From the NCBI RefSeq assembly GCF_039654945.1, contig NW_027361808.1:15252001-15316000 (forward strand): DNA of 64,000 bases, read 5' to 3'. The translations under genes were made by a program, and so were the position numbers. Positions within the stretch are counted from its first letter, which is position 1. The number at the start of each line of letters is the position of its first letter. Origin of the DNA: Dendrobates tinctorius. Its lineage: Eukaryota. This document shows positions 25,392 through 39,101 of this stretch, piece after piece. The notes beneath the pieces are model-generated. The model did not search any database. It saw only the letters and a program-made list of their open reading frames with translations, and was not told the DNA's origin.

Positions 25392-25797
25392 AGGCCCTTT
25401 TACATTTAGCGATGCACCAGCGATCCAACCAGCGATCCGACCCGGTCAGGATCGCTGGTGCATCGCTAAATGATCGCTAGTGAGCTTTCATACAGAAAGA
25501 TCTCACAGCGATGCAGCAGCGACGCAGCGCACGATACTTACCATTCACACACAGCGATCCTGGCGTCCTCCCGCCCGCCTCCACGCGTCGCTCATCGTCA
25601 CAGCAGGAAGCCCAGCAGGAAGCGCCCGACGAGAAATGGAGCCGGACATTCTCGCGCGATCAGCGATGAGCAGCGGGGGAGCCGGTCGCTGGTAAGTATC
25701 ACACATAGCGATATCACTAGCAATATCGCTATAATGTCACAAAACCAGTGACGTTTTAGCGATATTGCTAGCGATATCGCGTAGTGTAAAACCCCCT
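25392..25797. mobile_element. Harbinger-like MITE (same family as 23426-23821) in L1 ORF2
   Basis: TTA TSD; TIRs AGGCCCTTTTACA / TGTAAAACCCCCT; removal restores ESLKNLRNKLKDIL. Confidence 0.8.
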
Positions 25798-27615
25798 TTA
25801 GGTTTTTCAGAGATTCTTGCGCTTGGGTTGCTAAAGATTTTTTATGTACAGTTTCAAGGGTGTTAGTTTGATGGATAATGGATAAGATCTTTGTCTCTAC
25901 TTTTTTTGTAAAGGAGCCTAAAGCTATGAGTTTCCCTCTAATCACCGCCTTATAGGCCTCCCATACCATAGGGTGGGAGATATCAGGGTGAATGTTTTCT
26001 TTAAATAACAGGTCTAATGTGTATTTTATTTTTTTGAGGTTTTTATCATTGTCTAATAGGGTTTTATTTAGTCTCCACGTTCCCATGGGTCTTGGAAGAG
26101 AGGTGATAGTGATTTCTAGGTATATGGGTGCATGGTCGGATAGTGTGATTAGACCTATGTTGGTTTTCTTTATCAAAGGGAGGGAGTGGTTTTGGACAAA
26201 AAAATAGTCTAGTCTTTGATATGAATTGTGCGGGGGGGGGGAAAGAAAGTATAGTCCCTTGTCTATGGGTTATTTGTTCACCAAGGATCGATCAGGTTTA
26301 GGGAGTTTAAAGCAATGTGAATCTTCCTAATTGCTCTTTGTGAAGTGTTTTTAGATCCCGAGGATGAGTCCATTGAGGAATTTAGAGTAGCATTGAGGCC
26401 ACCACCTATTATAAGGAGGCCTTCCTTAAATGGGGTTAGAGTACCCAAGGTTTTGGACAGCCACAGGTCCTGATGCTTATTGGAGGCCTAAAGGTTGCAC
26501 AAAGTCACCATTGTGTTAGCCAAAAGGCCTTTCACCATAATGTAACGGCCCTCCGGATCTGAGAGTGTGTCCTTCCATTGGAAAGGCAGATTCTTAAATA
26601 AAGCAATGCTGACCCCTTTAGAAGAAGAAGAACTGTTGCTGTTAAACCAAGTCGGGAGGAAAGATCAAGAGGTATCAGGGGAGCGACCTTTTTTAAAATG
26701 AGTCTCTTGTAGGAAGGCAATTTTTGTTTTATTTTTCTTTAGAAGAAGCATGATTTGACGCCTCTTGGCTGGGGAGTTCAAGCCCTTCACATTGTAGGAG
26801 GCTATTGTCAAGCTATCTACTGTAAATTGACTGGTCATAGGATGGGGTGTGTATGTGATGCAAGTGACATAGGTAGCACCAATGCAAGAACTTCGAACAA
26901 CAGTGTAAACATCATAAAAACAAGTATTGACAAAATGAAACTTATCTGCAGCAGGGGGGGGACCCAGCTTCGAATCGAAACCAGACAAGATAGTCCATAA
27001 GGGGGATGAACGGAATGTCCAGCGGTGATCCCCTGTATATCCTAGAGGACTGGGTGTAAAAAATTAGTTATAGCACAAACATGTTTAGTTATCTTACGAG
27101 AAAAGAGCAAGATGAGTAGCGAACAGTAACAAAAGAACATAAACCGACCAGTCCGGTGGGGGATAAGGTGGCCCATCCGTAACAAGGTACAAGGGGTATC
27201 CAACCCTCCCCGCACCCATCCTGTCGGGACTTAAGTCGGCGGCATCTAAACAAGTGGACATTACACTAAAATTTTTTATCAAATTGCCCTTTTTTCCAAA
27301 AATGTTTTATGGTTATGTCTTGCATTGGTGGCCTAACACCTTACATTGTTCATATTTGTATGGTGGTTGTAAAGCTGAACATTGGGATCCTGAAAAATGC
27401 AGCAAAAATGCAGCAAGAAAAGCAGCAAAAAAGCCATCAAAACCCGCTTTTTGTCTGCAGCCTTTTTAATGCAAGAGATCAGATTTTGGCTGCACAAAAA
27501 ACAGCAAAAAAGCAACATGTGAACATAGCTTATGAGTGCGTTTTGAGTGTGTTTTGTGTAACCACTTCTTAGTTTAGAGTTGACATAATTCAAATATATA
27601 CTGAGCCAGAGCTAA

Positions 27616-27774
<159 letters not shown>

Positions 27775-28598
27775 TAGTTCATAAATATTGGCTGAACGGT
27801 TTTAAAAACCTATTGGTTTTGGTCCTTACATGTAAAATTTGCAACATGTTTTCAAAAAATTGTTGGTTAAAAAAAAATTGGAATTTTGATTAAAACAAGC
27901 TTGTGTTTTAACTTTGACATAAAATATTACTATATTATACACCTGTTACTAAATAAAAGTTAGATATTTAGATATTTAGATATTTAAGTTAGATATTTAA
28001 GAAGTATTATAGCACCTATTCCTGTGAGAGTATCTTATTTGATTAAATAAATATTGTGGGTATGTTCACACGCAGTAAACTTGTTGCAGAAATTTGACTG
28101 GTTGAAAATCATTAACAAATATGTGAATTCAGTAGTTCTACAACAAACCCAAACCTGCTATATGTGAACGTACCTTAAGGTCAGATATTACTCAGCTGGC
28201 CAACTAATGTTTTCCTTGAGGGTTTATACAGTAGATTCATTTAAGTATTAGTAGAATGTAGTAGAATGTCTTATTGTTCAGTTCATTTTCCAGATCTATT
28301 TCCATATGAAGGACAATCGTCTTCGAAGAATTTGCTCCTTCAGGCAAATGTACAAATGCTTCAGCATAGTTCAGATACATTACATTTTTCCATTGATGTA
28401 TTAGCCACTGAATTGTTTTACCTATCTTTTTGTGTAAAAGCTCTTCTGAAATTTGACATTTACAGTTCTTTAATACAAAATAATACTGTGGTACCCTGAA
28501 AGCTTGCAAATATAATTTTTCTGGTTAGCCAATAAAGGTATCACTCCTTGAATACGTTTCTCATTTCTTGGGGACCTAAGTATTTACATCGACACTTA

Positions 28599-29997
28599 CA
28601 GTTGTATGAAAGTGTTTGCCCCCTTCCTGATTTCCTATTCTTTTGAATGTTTCACACGTAAATGTTTCAGATCACCAAACAAATGTAAATATTAGACAAA
28701 GATAACACAACTAAACACAAAATGCAGTGTTTAAATGAAGGTCTTTATTAAAAGAAAAAGAAATCCAAACTTACAGGGCCCTGTGTGAAACAGAGATTGC
28801 TTAACCTAATAAATGGTTGGCACACTCTTAGCAGCAACAACTGCAATCAACGTTTTGCGATAACTATCAATTAGTCTTTTACAGCACTCTGTAGGAATTT
28901 TGGCACACTCATCTTTGCAGAATTGTTGTAATTTAGCCAAATTGCAGGGTTTCCGAGGATAAACCACCTTCTTAAGGTCATGCCACAGCATCTCAATCAG
29001 ATCAACGCCCGGACTTTGACTTGGCCACTCCAAAGTTTTAATTTTGCTTTTCATAACCCACTCAGAGGTGGACTTGCTGGTGTGTTTTGGATCATTGTCC
29101 TAATGCATAACCCAAGTGAGCTTCAGCTTGAGGCCACGAACAGATGGCCGGACATTCTCCTTCAGGATCTTTTGGTAGACAGCAGTCTTCCAGTTTCTGA
29201 AGTACCAAAACAGCACCAGGCCATCACACTACCACCACCATATTTTACTGTTGGCATGATGTTCCGTTTCTAAAATGCTGTGTTACTTCTACGCCAGATC
29301 TTGGGGATCAAGATGTTTTCTGGCAAAACTGAGACAAGCAATTATGTTCTTATTGTTCAGCAGTGGTTTTTGTCTTGGAACTCTGTCATGTAGGCCATTT
29401 TTGCCCAGTCTCTTTTTTATGGTGGAGTCATGAACACTGATTTTAACTGAGGCAAGTGTTCCATGTTTTCATCAATTGAGGATAATGGCTCTCACTGTGG
29501 TTCGCTAGAGTTCCAAAGCTTTAGAAATGGCTTTACAACCTTTTCCAGACTGATAGATCTCAACTACTTTGTTTCTCATTTGTTCCAGTTAGTTCCAGAA
29601 TTTTTTTGAGCCATGGCATGATGTCTAGCTTTTGAGAATCTTTTGATCTATTTCACTTTGTTAGACAGGTCCTATTTAAGTGATTTCTTGATTGGGAACA
29701 GGTGAGGAAGTAATCAGGCCTGTGAGTGGCTGGGGAGTTTGAACTCAGCTTCTAAAAGATGTGATAAACCAAAGTTAATTTATGCTTTTAGAAGGGGGGG
29801 GCAATCACTTTCACACAGGATTCTGTAGGTTTGGATTTCTGTTTCCCTTAATAACAAGACTCTCATTTAAAAACTGCATTTTGTTTACTTGTTTTATCTT
29901 TGTCTAATATTTAAATTTGATCTGTAATATTTAAACATGACAAACATGAAAAAGAATAGGAAATCAGAAAGGGGGCAATCACTTTTTCATACAACTG
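28599..29997 (-). mobile_element. Tc1 (IR/DR type) transposon, decayed
   Basis: TA TSD; about 200-bp TIRs CAGTTGTATGAAA...; transposase remnant EWPSQSP..LIEMLW. Confidence 0.85.
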
Positions 29998-30312
29998 TAT
30001 ATTTATTACCTACTGCATATGTTACAAAAACCCTATGTTATGCATAAAAATATAAAGACTGATAAGCCATAACAATGAAACAACTGACAGATGAAATGAG
30101 TAACATTTATTATCTGGAGTTATGGTTCCTGTCAATGGGGTGGGATATATTAGGAAGCAAATGGACACTTTTGAATTACTTTAGAGAGAACCTGTGACCT
30201 GGATTTTATAATCTGATAAAATCTGTACTTTTCTTGTGGAAATCAGTTTTAAAGTTTTAGGTAAGTTGAGATTGAATTCTAATAAGTTGCAATTGTGTGG
30301 GTCCTTCACTTA

Positions 30313-30833
30313 TGCCCCCGTCACACATAGTGATCTCGCTAGCGAGATTGCTGCTGAGTCTCAAGTTTTGTGACGCAACAGCAATCTCACCAGCGAGATC
30401 GCTGTGTGTGACACTGACCAGCGACCGGCCCCCCTGCTGGTTATCGCTGATCGTCCTGGAATAGCCAGGACATTTTTTTGATCGCTGGTCTCCCGCTGGC
30501 CAGCATGCATCGCTACATGTGACAGGCGGGAGACCAGCGATCAGCGCGCTGGTAACTAAGGTAAACGCAGGGTTTGTAAGCGGCGCGCGCCCCTTAGAAA
30601 CCCGATGTGTACCTTGGTTACCAGCTCCCTGCATCAGCGCGCTGGTAACTAAGATACACTGCGGGTAACTAAGTGACATGCGTCGCTTGTTACCCGCTTG
30701 TCGCTGGTCCTGATCGCTGGTGATGCTGCCTGTTTGACAGCTCACCAACGATCATGTAGCGACACCCCAGCGATCCTGACAAGGTGATATCGTTGTCGGG
30801 ATTGCTGGTGCGTCACTATGTGTGACGGGGCCC
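30313..30833. mobile_element. Harbinger-like MITE
   Basis: TTA TSD; TIRs TGCCCCCGTCACACATAG / CTATGTGTGACGGGGCCC. Confidence 0.8.
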
Positions 30834-32674
30834 TTACACCTCTTCATCTTCTCTCGCCCTATTACCTGCCAGTTGTCTACCTCTGTCTGTCAAGTCACTC
30901 ATGCTTTTCGTTACCTGTCACTCTGAGACAGGAAGCAGGTGTTGGCCTGGAAATAGGGAGAGATGCAGAACAGCTGTAAGTGCCGTACCCACCCCACTGT
31001 ACTTGTAACTCATTAACAAACAATTATAGCAATGAATTTCTCTTAAAACACAACTCCAGCATTTTTTTTATAACAGTGTAAACGTGGTGCTATTAATCTA
31101 TGGTCTCTGTCCCTAGTCTTATACTTACCAACCGCCATCATCAGTTGTTCCCAGCAGTGCTTCAGTCGGTCTCCAGCAGGTTGTGTTTGCTGGAGCAACT
31201 CATAATTTCTATGTACGCCCCTGGTGCTAGATTACATTAGAATAAATGACAACAGTATTTGACTCATTGCTTCCATACAATACACTTAGCCAGTGTCAGT
31301 GCTTGTAGCATAACTGCCTGTAGATTGTGTCAGGATAGCACAGATCAGGTGAAGTGTAAGGAATGTTAGGAAAGAGAAACAGTGTGGGCAGCTGTTTAAT
31401 CATCTTGGGACTGTATAAAAGTCTCAGGAAGGTGCTTAGTAGGTGACATTTGTGGGCACTGAGGCTAAAGTGAGAGAGCTGTAGGACAGATACAGCTCTG
31501 ACTCCTTGGCTATGCAGTCTATAGGCATACATGAAAAACTGTCAGGAAGTTAAGGATGTAAAAAAACCCCACCAAGGATGGCCGCAAGGGGCTGAAGGGG
31601 AGCTGAAAATGAAGAATAAAGTTAACGGAGGTTTTTTGTGCTAGAAAAGCAGTTTAAATCCTGGTTCTAATAAAATGGTGTCAGAACACAGTGCATTGCA
31701 GCTTGCTATGTTTAGGGCTCTTACACTCTTATTAAAGGGAACCTGTCACTATGAAAATTCAGTCTATTCTGCAGGCACCATGTTATAGAGCAGGAGGAGC
31801 TGAGCAGATTGATATATAGTTTTGTGAGAAAAAAAAATCAGTATTACCTGTGAGTTATTGATTTAATCCTCTGTTCTTTTTGGGAAATTTGGTTCAGTGG
31901 GCGATCCAATTAGTGATTGACAGCTGTCTTTATATAAGTGAGTATACACTGCTAGCTGCAATAAATGAGAAATACGGTGGTTTAGAATCCGTGCTGCCCA
32001 AGGTACAATCACGCGCAAAGATGAAGCTTGAATGCTGTTTATTGTGTCAATGCGTTTCAAGGTTTTCAAACCTCATTAGGACCAAACTACAATGAACAAA
32101 TTCAGTGAAGAAACTTGGAGACAAAAGTTATAAATCAAGACACTACCCCAGATACTTTTTGCTTAAATTATTGGGAAGATCAAGGGTGATACATGCTGAC
32201 AATGATGGTGCTACACGATGCCATGTACTAAATCAAACATTCCTTCATTTTGAAATAAAGCATGGCACTCACTTAAAGAATGGTTTAAATTAAATAATGA
32301 TTCATATGTTCTTTTACATAATGTGGATGGCTAGCTGAGCAAAGCGTATGTTGGGAAGAGATGGCAGCAGGTTGGTCTATGGGAAGGAGGAAAGACAGTG
32401 GGATGCTCTGGACAATGGTCTGATGGGAAAAATTAAGTCAGACCATTCATTTTTAAGCTACATTGACACGTCACCTATCTAAATCTAACAACCGTATATC
32501 CAGTGATCTGATCAGCTTGAGAACAGGGCTTACAAGCTCCACTGAAAATAGCTTTTTTGACTGAATATTAGACAGCTTATTGCTATGGATGAGCCATCAT
32601 TTGTTTTTATATTTACAGTATATTTTATATTCACCAATTGCCTTCACATTGGGTTAGAACATATTAGATATATA

Positions 32675-35219
32675 CTTTGGTCAAGAAATATATGGACAGG
32701 GACACAGGTTTTGGCATTTTAGCTGTTTATCAAAACGTATTCAAGATACAGTCATATAATCAATATGAGTTTAAGGTGCAGACTCTCAGCTTTAATTTGA
32801 GGGAAATTACATCCTAATTGAAGTAAATGTTTGGGAATTACAGCTCTTTAATATGTAGCTGCATCTTTTGAAAGGACCAAAAGTAATTGAACAATTATCT
32901 CATAAGCTCTTTAATAGGCTGCATGGGCTATTCCCTCATTAATCCATCATTAATTAAGAAGATAAAAAAAGGTCGGTAAGCGATTCCAGTTGTGGCATTT
33001 ACATTTGGAAGCTGTTGCTGTGAGCCCACAAAATGTTGTCAAAGGAGCTCTCAATGGAAGAGAAACAGTCCATCATTAGGCTGAAAAAAAGAAGAAATCT
33101 GTCAAAGAGATAGCAGAAATGTTAGAAGTGGCCAAATCAATTGTTTGATGCATTCTGCAAATAATAGAGCACACTGGTGAGCTTGGTAACTCAAAAAGGC
33201 CTGGATGTTCATGGAAGACAACAGTGGTGGATGATGGCAGAATCCTTTCCATTGTGAAGAAAAACCCCTTCACAACATCCACCCAAGTGAAGAACACTCT
33301 CAAGGAAGTAGATGTTTCAGTATCTAAGTCTACAATAAAGTGAAGACTTTGTGAAATCAAATACAGAGGGTTCATCACAAGGTACAAACCATTAATCAGA
33401 GTTAAAACAGAAAGGCCTTATTAGACTATGCCCAAAAAAACACCTAAAGAAGCTGCCCAGTTCTGGAAAATAATTCTTTGGACAGATGAAACTGAGATCA
33501 ACTTGTACCAGAATGATGGAAAGAAGAAAGTATGGAGAAGGCTTGGAATGGCTCATGATCCAAAGCACACAACATCCTATGCTAAACATGGTGGAGGCAG
33601 TTTGATGATATGGGCATGTGTAGCTTCCAATGGCACTGGGCCACTAATGTTTATTGATGTGACAGAAGACAGAAGCAGCTGGATGAATTCTGAAGTGTAC
33701 AGGGTGAAACCTTTTCCTCAGATTCAACCAAATGCAGCAAGGTTGATTGGACAGCACTTCACGGTGTAGATGGACAATGACCCAAAACTTACTGTGAGGC
33801 TGTGTGCCCACGATTCGATTTTTAAGTGTTTTGCCTCGATTTTCGGCGCAAAAACGTTTAAAAATCTTGTACATGACGCACCCCATGCATTCCTATGGCA
33901 TTCCGCACATGCTATGCTAATGCTGCGCTTTTTTCTGCGGCAGATTCGCATCGCGGAAAAAATTGCAGCATGATCATTCTTTTGTGCGGAATTGCAAAGA
34001 ATTGCCGCGATTCCGCACCCATAGGAATGCATGAGAACTGCTTACTTCCCGCATGTGGCTATGTCCACCATGCGCGAAGTTAAGCATCTCATGTGCGGTT
34101 GGTACCCACGGTGTGGAGGAGAGGAGACTATCCTCCAGGCCCTGAGTACCATACCCCTGTAAAAAAAAGAATAAAAAATAAAAAATCGGGGTATATTTAC
34201 CTTCCGGCGTCACGCGCTGCCATCCCGGGCCTCAGCGTTCCCAGTAATGCCTTGCGGCAAGGTCCTGTGATAACGTAGTCTCGCGTGACTCTAGCGGTCT
34301 TGCGAGATCGCTATAGTAACGCGAGACCAACGTCATCACAGGTCTCACAAGGCATCGCTGGGAACGCTGAAGCCCGGGATGGCAGCGCGGGACGTCGGAA
34401 GGTAAATATACCCCGATTTTTTTATTTTTTTATCATTTTTAACATTTTATCTTTTACTATTGACGCCGCATAGGCGGCCTCAATAGTAAAAATCTGCTCA
34501 CACTTGTCAAACACTATGTTTGACGAGTGTGACCAACCTGTCAATCACTTTCCAAGCGATGCTTCGAAAGTGCTTGAGAAAAATCGCGGCAAAATCGCGA
34601 ACAGAATCGCAGTAAAATCGCGGTGAAATTGCGCTGAAAAAAACGCGCGATTTCTGGGAAGGAGTCCAGTATTCATTGTGCGTTTTAAAATGCTACGTGG
34701 GCCCATAGCCTGAAAGGAGCTTTTTAAAGCTGAGAAGTGGAATATACTCCAATGGTGGAGTCAATCCCCCGATCTCAACCCCATCGAGCAGCATTTCACA
34801 TGCTTAAGAAAAAACGTAAGGCAGAAAGACCCACAAACAAGCAACAACTGAAGTCAGCTGCAGTAAAGGCCTGGGAAAGCATCACAAAAGAGGAAAAATG
34901 GCATTTGGTGATGTCCATGGCTTCTAAACATCACGCATCATTCCTGCAAGGGATTCTCTACAAAGTATTTAAAATGAACATTTTATTTATGGTAAAGTTA
35001 ATTTGCTAATTACTTTTGAGCCTCTGAAATGAGGAGACTTTGTAGAAAAATGGTTGCAATTCCTAAATGTTTCACAGGATATTTTTTTCAACCTCATTAA
35101 TTAAATCTGAAAGTCTATTCTTCAGTTGCATCTCATTTGTTTCATTTTCAATCCAAAATAGTGGTATGGAGTCCAAAAATTAAAATTTGGTCACTGTCAA
35201 ATATTTCAAGACTTAACTG
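32675..35219 (+). mobile_element. Tc1 transposon, decayed, interrupted by a MITE
   Basis: Remnants ILWTDETEIN, KHGGGSLMIWAC, DNDPK and SPDLNPIE-like; TIR AAATATTTGGACAG-type; TA at 35220. Confidence 0.82.
33798..34710. mobile_element. Harbinger-like MITE with internal palindrome, inserted in Tc1
   Basis: TGA TSD (33795-33797 and 34711-34713); TIRs GGCTGTGTGCCCACG / CGTGGGCCCATAGCC. Confidence 0.8.
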
Positions 35220-35262
35220 TATATATTAGACAACAATGTAGTATTAGACTATTAATAAATAG

Positions 35263-35556
<294 letters not shown>

Positions 35557-35987
35557 TAAATATTTCACAAAACCGTTCCTTGTTGACACAGTGCTAATTT
35601 TATGGTTCATAAAACTTACAATCAATTATTGTCTGTTGTGAAAGTTATTGAAAGTTGTGAAGTTTATTACTAATGTTACAACAATATTGTACAACCAATC
35701 TCTGCTTCACTGTAATAAGAAGCTGTTTGTTAGATTTGTAAAGGAGAATAGAACATTAAAAGAGAAATGTGCGCATCGTTTGTAAGTGACACATACAGCA
35801 CAAGCTTTAGGCAGGTAAAAATGCTGTGGAAAAATGCTGCTAACTAAAGATACTTTTAAAACTAAAAGTGTGTTATTAGTTTATTTTTATCAATAAACAA
35901 AATGTAAAGCAAATGAACTAAAGAAATCTATATTATCTCAATATTTGGTGTGACCACACTTTGTCTTAAGAAAGTTCATTTTGTTAA

Positions 35988-36573
35988 TCTATATATATAA
36001 TCATCTTATGGTGTCTGTCTGTCTGTAACCGAAATCCTGCATCGCTGATTGGTCGCGGCCGCCAGGCCTCGACACATCAGCGACAGGCGCAGTGCGCAGT
36101 CCTCAATTAGAAGGACGCAAGCCACCGCTACCGCTGGTCATCTCCGGGCGCACGGGCGTCAGCAGCAACGCAGCTGGATGACCGGCTAGCGGTACCCAGG
36201 GTCCAGAGGAGAGGAGACTCCTCCGGACCCTGGGTACCTTAAACGTGTAAAAAATGGAATTAAAACAAAAAAAGAGTGATATACTCACCTTCCGACGGCC
36301 TCCGGACTTTTTCTCTCCTCTCCACTCTCCTGGCATCTTTTCCCAGTAAGGCTTTGCGCCAAAGACCGCTGATGACGTCGCGCTCTCGTGAGAGTGACAT
36401 CAGCAGCGGTCTTTGGCGCAAAGCATTAGTGGGAACGGAAGATGCCGGGAGCGTGGAGAGGAGGGACACAGTCCGGATGCCGTCGGATGGTGAGTATATC
36501 ACTTTTTTTATTTTAATCTCCCGCTGGCCATATTCTAGAGTACCCGATGCTTTAGAATCGGGCCAGCAGCTAG
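35988..36573 (+). mobile_element. Non-autonomous Helitron (586 bp)
   Basis: Starts A|TCTATATATATAA and ends CTAG|T; subterminal hairpin CCCGAT-8nt-ATCGGG (36543-36562); no TSD. Confidence 0.8.
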
Positions 36574-36746
36574 TGGGTAATAATGTACTATGAACCCTTC
36601 TAGTTTTGAAAACATTCTCATTCTTACTTTGTAGCATTTTTTCTACACATGTCTTAAATGTTCACACAGTACTATATGATACTTTAGGGAATAGAAATAT
36701 TTAGCAAATTTACATTCCAACAAATAAAAACACTGGCACTGCCTAA

Positions 36747-36945
36747 GGGCCTATTCACCCGCCAATATTTGGTCAGTATTTTTCATCAGTGCTAGAATGC
36801 GAAACCCAGGAGTGGAACATACAGGAAAAAAACTGCAGTAGAATTGATAGATTGACACCTGTTCTGTGTTTTGGTAAGACTCCTGTTTTTGGCATACAAA
36901 TGCTGATGAAATACTGATCAAAAATACTGATGCGTGAATAAAGCC
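36747..36945. mobile_element. Short Harbinger-like MITE
   Basis: TAA TSD; TIRs GGGCCTATTCAC / GTGAATAAAGCC. Confidence 0.6.
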
Positions 36946-37315
36946 TAAAGTTGTAAATGAGTCGGGTGTGAACAGTAAACTGGACGGTTCATGGGGTAGT
37001 CAAGACTCAGCCTTATTAAAGATACACAAGAGTCCACAATCCAAGGAATAGAAGGTACACTCACAACTAGATGTATGTGAAAATCTTTGTTATTGCAGAT
37101 TCACACTCTTAGTAGTCAAATTTCAGGACTTTGTCCTCCATTTATTTTCATTGCATATCCAATGTTCACAGTGCTTTAGTGTCAATGAAGTGCTATTGCT
37201 CCATACACCAAAACCTTCTGTCACACTCCCTTGCTCATGCATGATGACATAGGCACACCTAGCTATTTTATACTTCACATAGGCCAATATTGCCGTTCAA
37301 CATGTCGCTCTCTTA

Positions 37316-37621
37316 GGCCTCTTTCACACTTCAGTTTTTTACAATCAGTCACAATCCGCCAGGTTTTGAAAAAAACAGATCCTCAAATTTCTTTTGAGGA
37401 TCCGTTTTTTTCCCCCATTGACTTTCATTAATGGCAGATCGTGACGGATTGCTCTCTCTCTCTCTCCTTTTCCAGGCTGCGATTCCTTTAATATTCATTT
37501 TGCGGATCCGTCAAAAAAAACGGACGGGTGCCATACGTTGTCATCAGTACTAAAAAGGATCCGCCATCCGTCCTATTGGCGGACTTTGACTGATGCAAAA
37601 AACTGAAGTGTGAAAGAGGCC
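37316..37621. mobile_element. Harbinger-like MITE
   Basis: TTA TSD; perfect TIR GGCCTCTTTCACACTTCAGTTTTT. Confidence 0.85.
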
Positions 37622-38238
37622 TTAGCAACACACCAAGTTGCATTGCAATAGCTGTTCACTAAACAATATACATGGTTCAAAATACAAAATCTGCTTTATG
37701 AAGTTCCATTGTGCTGTCACATGTACACCTTACACAATCCCTAAAAGTCCCTAAACAATTATTAAATAGCACATATGTTTCCAAACACTTAACCGGTTAC
37801 ATTGAGAACAATTCTGCAATTACAACAATACATTCATGAAGTTTTACACTTTCAAGAAAGTGATCCTCAATGGCTGTAAACTGCCTAAAACAAACACAGC
37901 AAGTACTCACCATCCTTGGGTTCAGCAATGGCTATCTGCCTCTACTCCTGTCTCAGTGTTTTGATTGCAGCGGTGACATCATTTCAACAGCGCACTTCAT
38001 CGCTACAGCTAATCACTGAGCTGAACGGCTGTATCATGGTAGACTGGCACAAGCCATTGAGATTAGTGATTGACTATAGCAGGAAATGTGACATCACTGC
38101 TGCAGTCAAAACACCGGACACTTGAGCAGTGGCAGACAGCCATCACTGTACTTCGGGAGGGTGAGTACCTGCTTTGGTGGAATTTTATGTCTTTTACAGC
38201 ACTTGGATACTCTTGGCTAAAAATTGAGACTCATTTAA

Positions 38239-38574
38239 AGGGGATCCGCACCAGATCCAGCTCTTATTTGATTCTTTCTGCCCTCTGAGTGTTCTGTTTT
38301 TTATCTTTTATAAATTTGCCATGTGGTTCCAGAGATATGGGTCTTTTTATCTAAGGCTAATTTTTATGGTCTCAAAAGGTAATAATGCAGAGAATCCTGT
38401 GAGCCAACCCTCTTAGTAAAGACCATGAAAATGAGCAATAAATAAAAAAAAGGTCCATACCTCTTGAACCATATGATGGAGTAAAAAAAGACTAAAACAC
38501 TGAATACTCAGGGGAGCAGTGATAACAAAATAAGAGCAAAGACTGGACAGTTTTAACCTGGTGCCAGGTCCTCT
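38239..38574. mobile_element. Kolobok/T2-like MITE
   Basis: TTAA TSD; termini AGGGGATCCGCACCAG / CTGGTGCCAGGTCCTCT; palindromic interior. Confidence 0.65.
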
Positions 38575-39101
38575 TTAAAGATGCAAAGTTTGTTTAACTC
38601 TCAGTTGTACAGTATCTAATTTCATCATTCAAAATACCTCTCCCTTCTTCCTCTTAAGGTCCTTTCCAATAAATATATTCCCTCTAATATTTTCAAACAC
38701 AATCCATAGACCTGATGTTAAATGGGTTGTCCACTATTCAGACACAATTTACAAATAATATTGCAGCATAGATTTCTTGGATGTCAAAAATTGTCTAATA
38801 GAAATAATTAAGTTGCTGTAGCAAGCAAAGTTCGACTTTAATTTCTTAATATTGTGGTGGACAATTAGGTCAGTTTTTATTTTAAAGCTGCTTTTATCAA
38901 AACTTTATTTGCTATTACACTTTGCTGTGACATTTTGTTTTAGTTTTATTAGATTTTTCTTATTAATAATTGTTTTCTTTAATCTTACTTTGTTTTTATG
39001 TAGTTTTTAATTTCTTTATTATTTATGCTGTATAAATTGCATTTTTTTTATGTCTGTGCTTATCAATGTATAAGGTTGACAAAATATAAATTCTTTTGTA
39101 G

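Larger units (their letters stand above)
21330..26838 (-). pseudogene. L1 ORF2 (APE endonuclease, reverse transcriptase, C-terminal Cys motif), disrupted; 3' end approximate
   Basis: SYNVKGLNSPAKRR..FLQETH, SDHAP, SPGPDGF, YRPISLLN, AFADDLL, KYLGI, CWSCG..HIFWTC; interrupted by two MITEs and an LTR element. Confidence 0.88.
20896..27263 (-). mobile_element. L1-clade LINE, 5'-truncated in the inter-ORF region (ORF2 + 3' UTR, no ORF1)
   Basis: 14-bp TSD CACTAAAATTTTTT (20882-20895 and 27264-27277) at a T/AAAA-type site; AATAAA and short poly(A) at about 20896-20916 on the minus strand. Confidence 0.88.
20222..27530. mobile_element. Harbinger-like MITE (GCTATGTTCAC TIR) split by the L1 insertion
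   Basis: TGCTATGTTCACAC at about 20222 and GTGAACATAGCT at about 27519-27530, with mirrored GCAAAAA/TTTTTGC subterminal tracts. Confidence 0.5.

Noticed and set aside
28380-28550. Further Penelope or hammerhead remnant on the plus strand (GAAAGCTTGC...GTTAGCCAATAAAGGTATCAC)
   Set aside because: No recognisable CTGANGA core or stems; too degraded to call. If real, it would weaken the antisense-bias idea.
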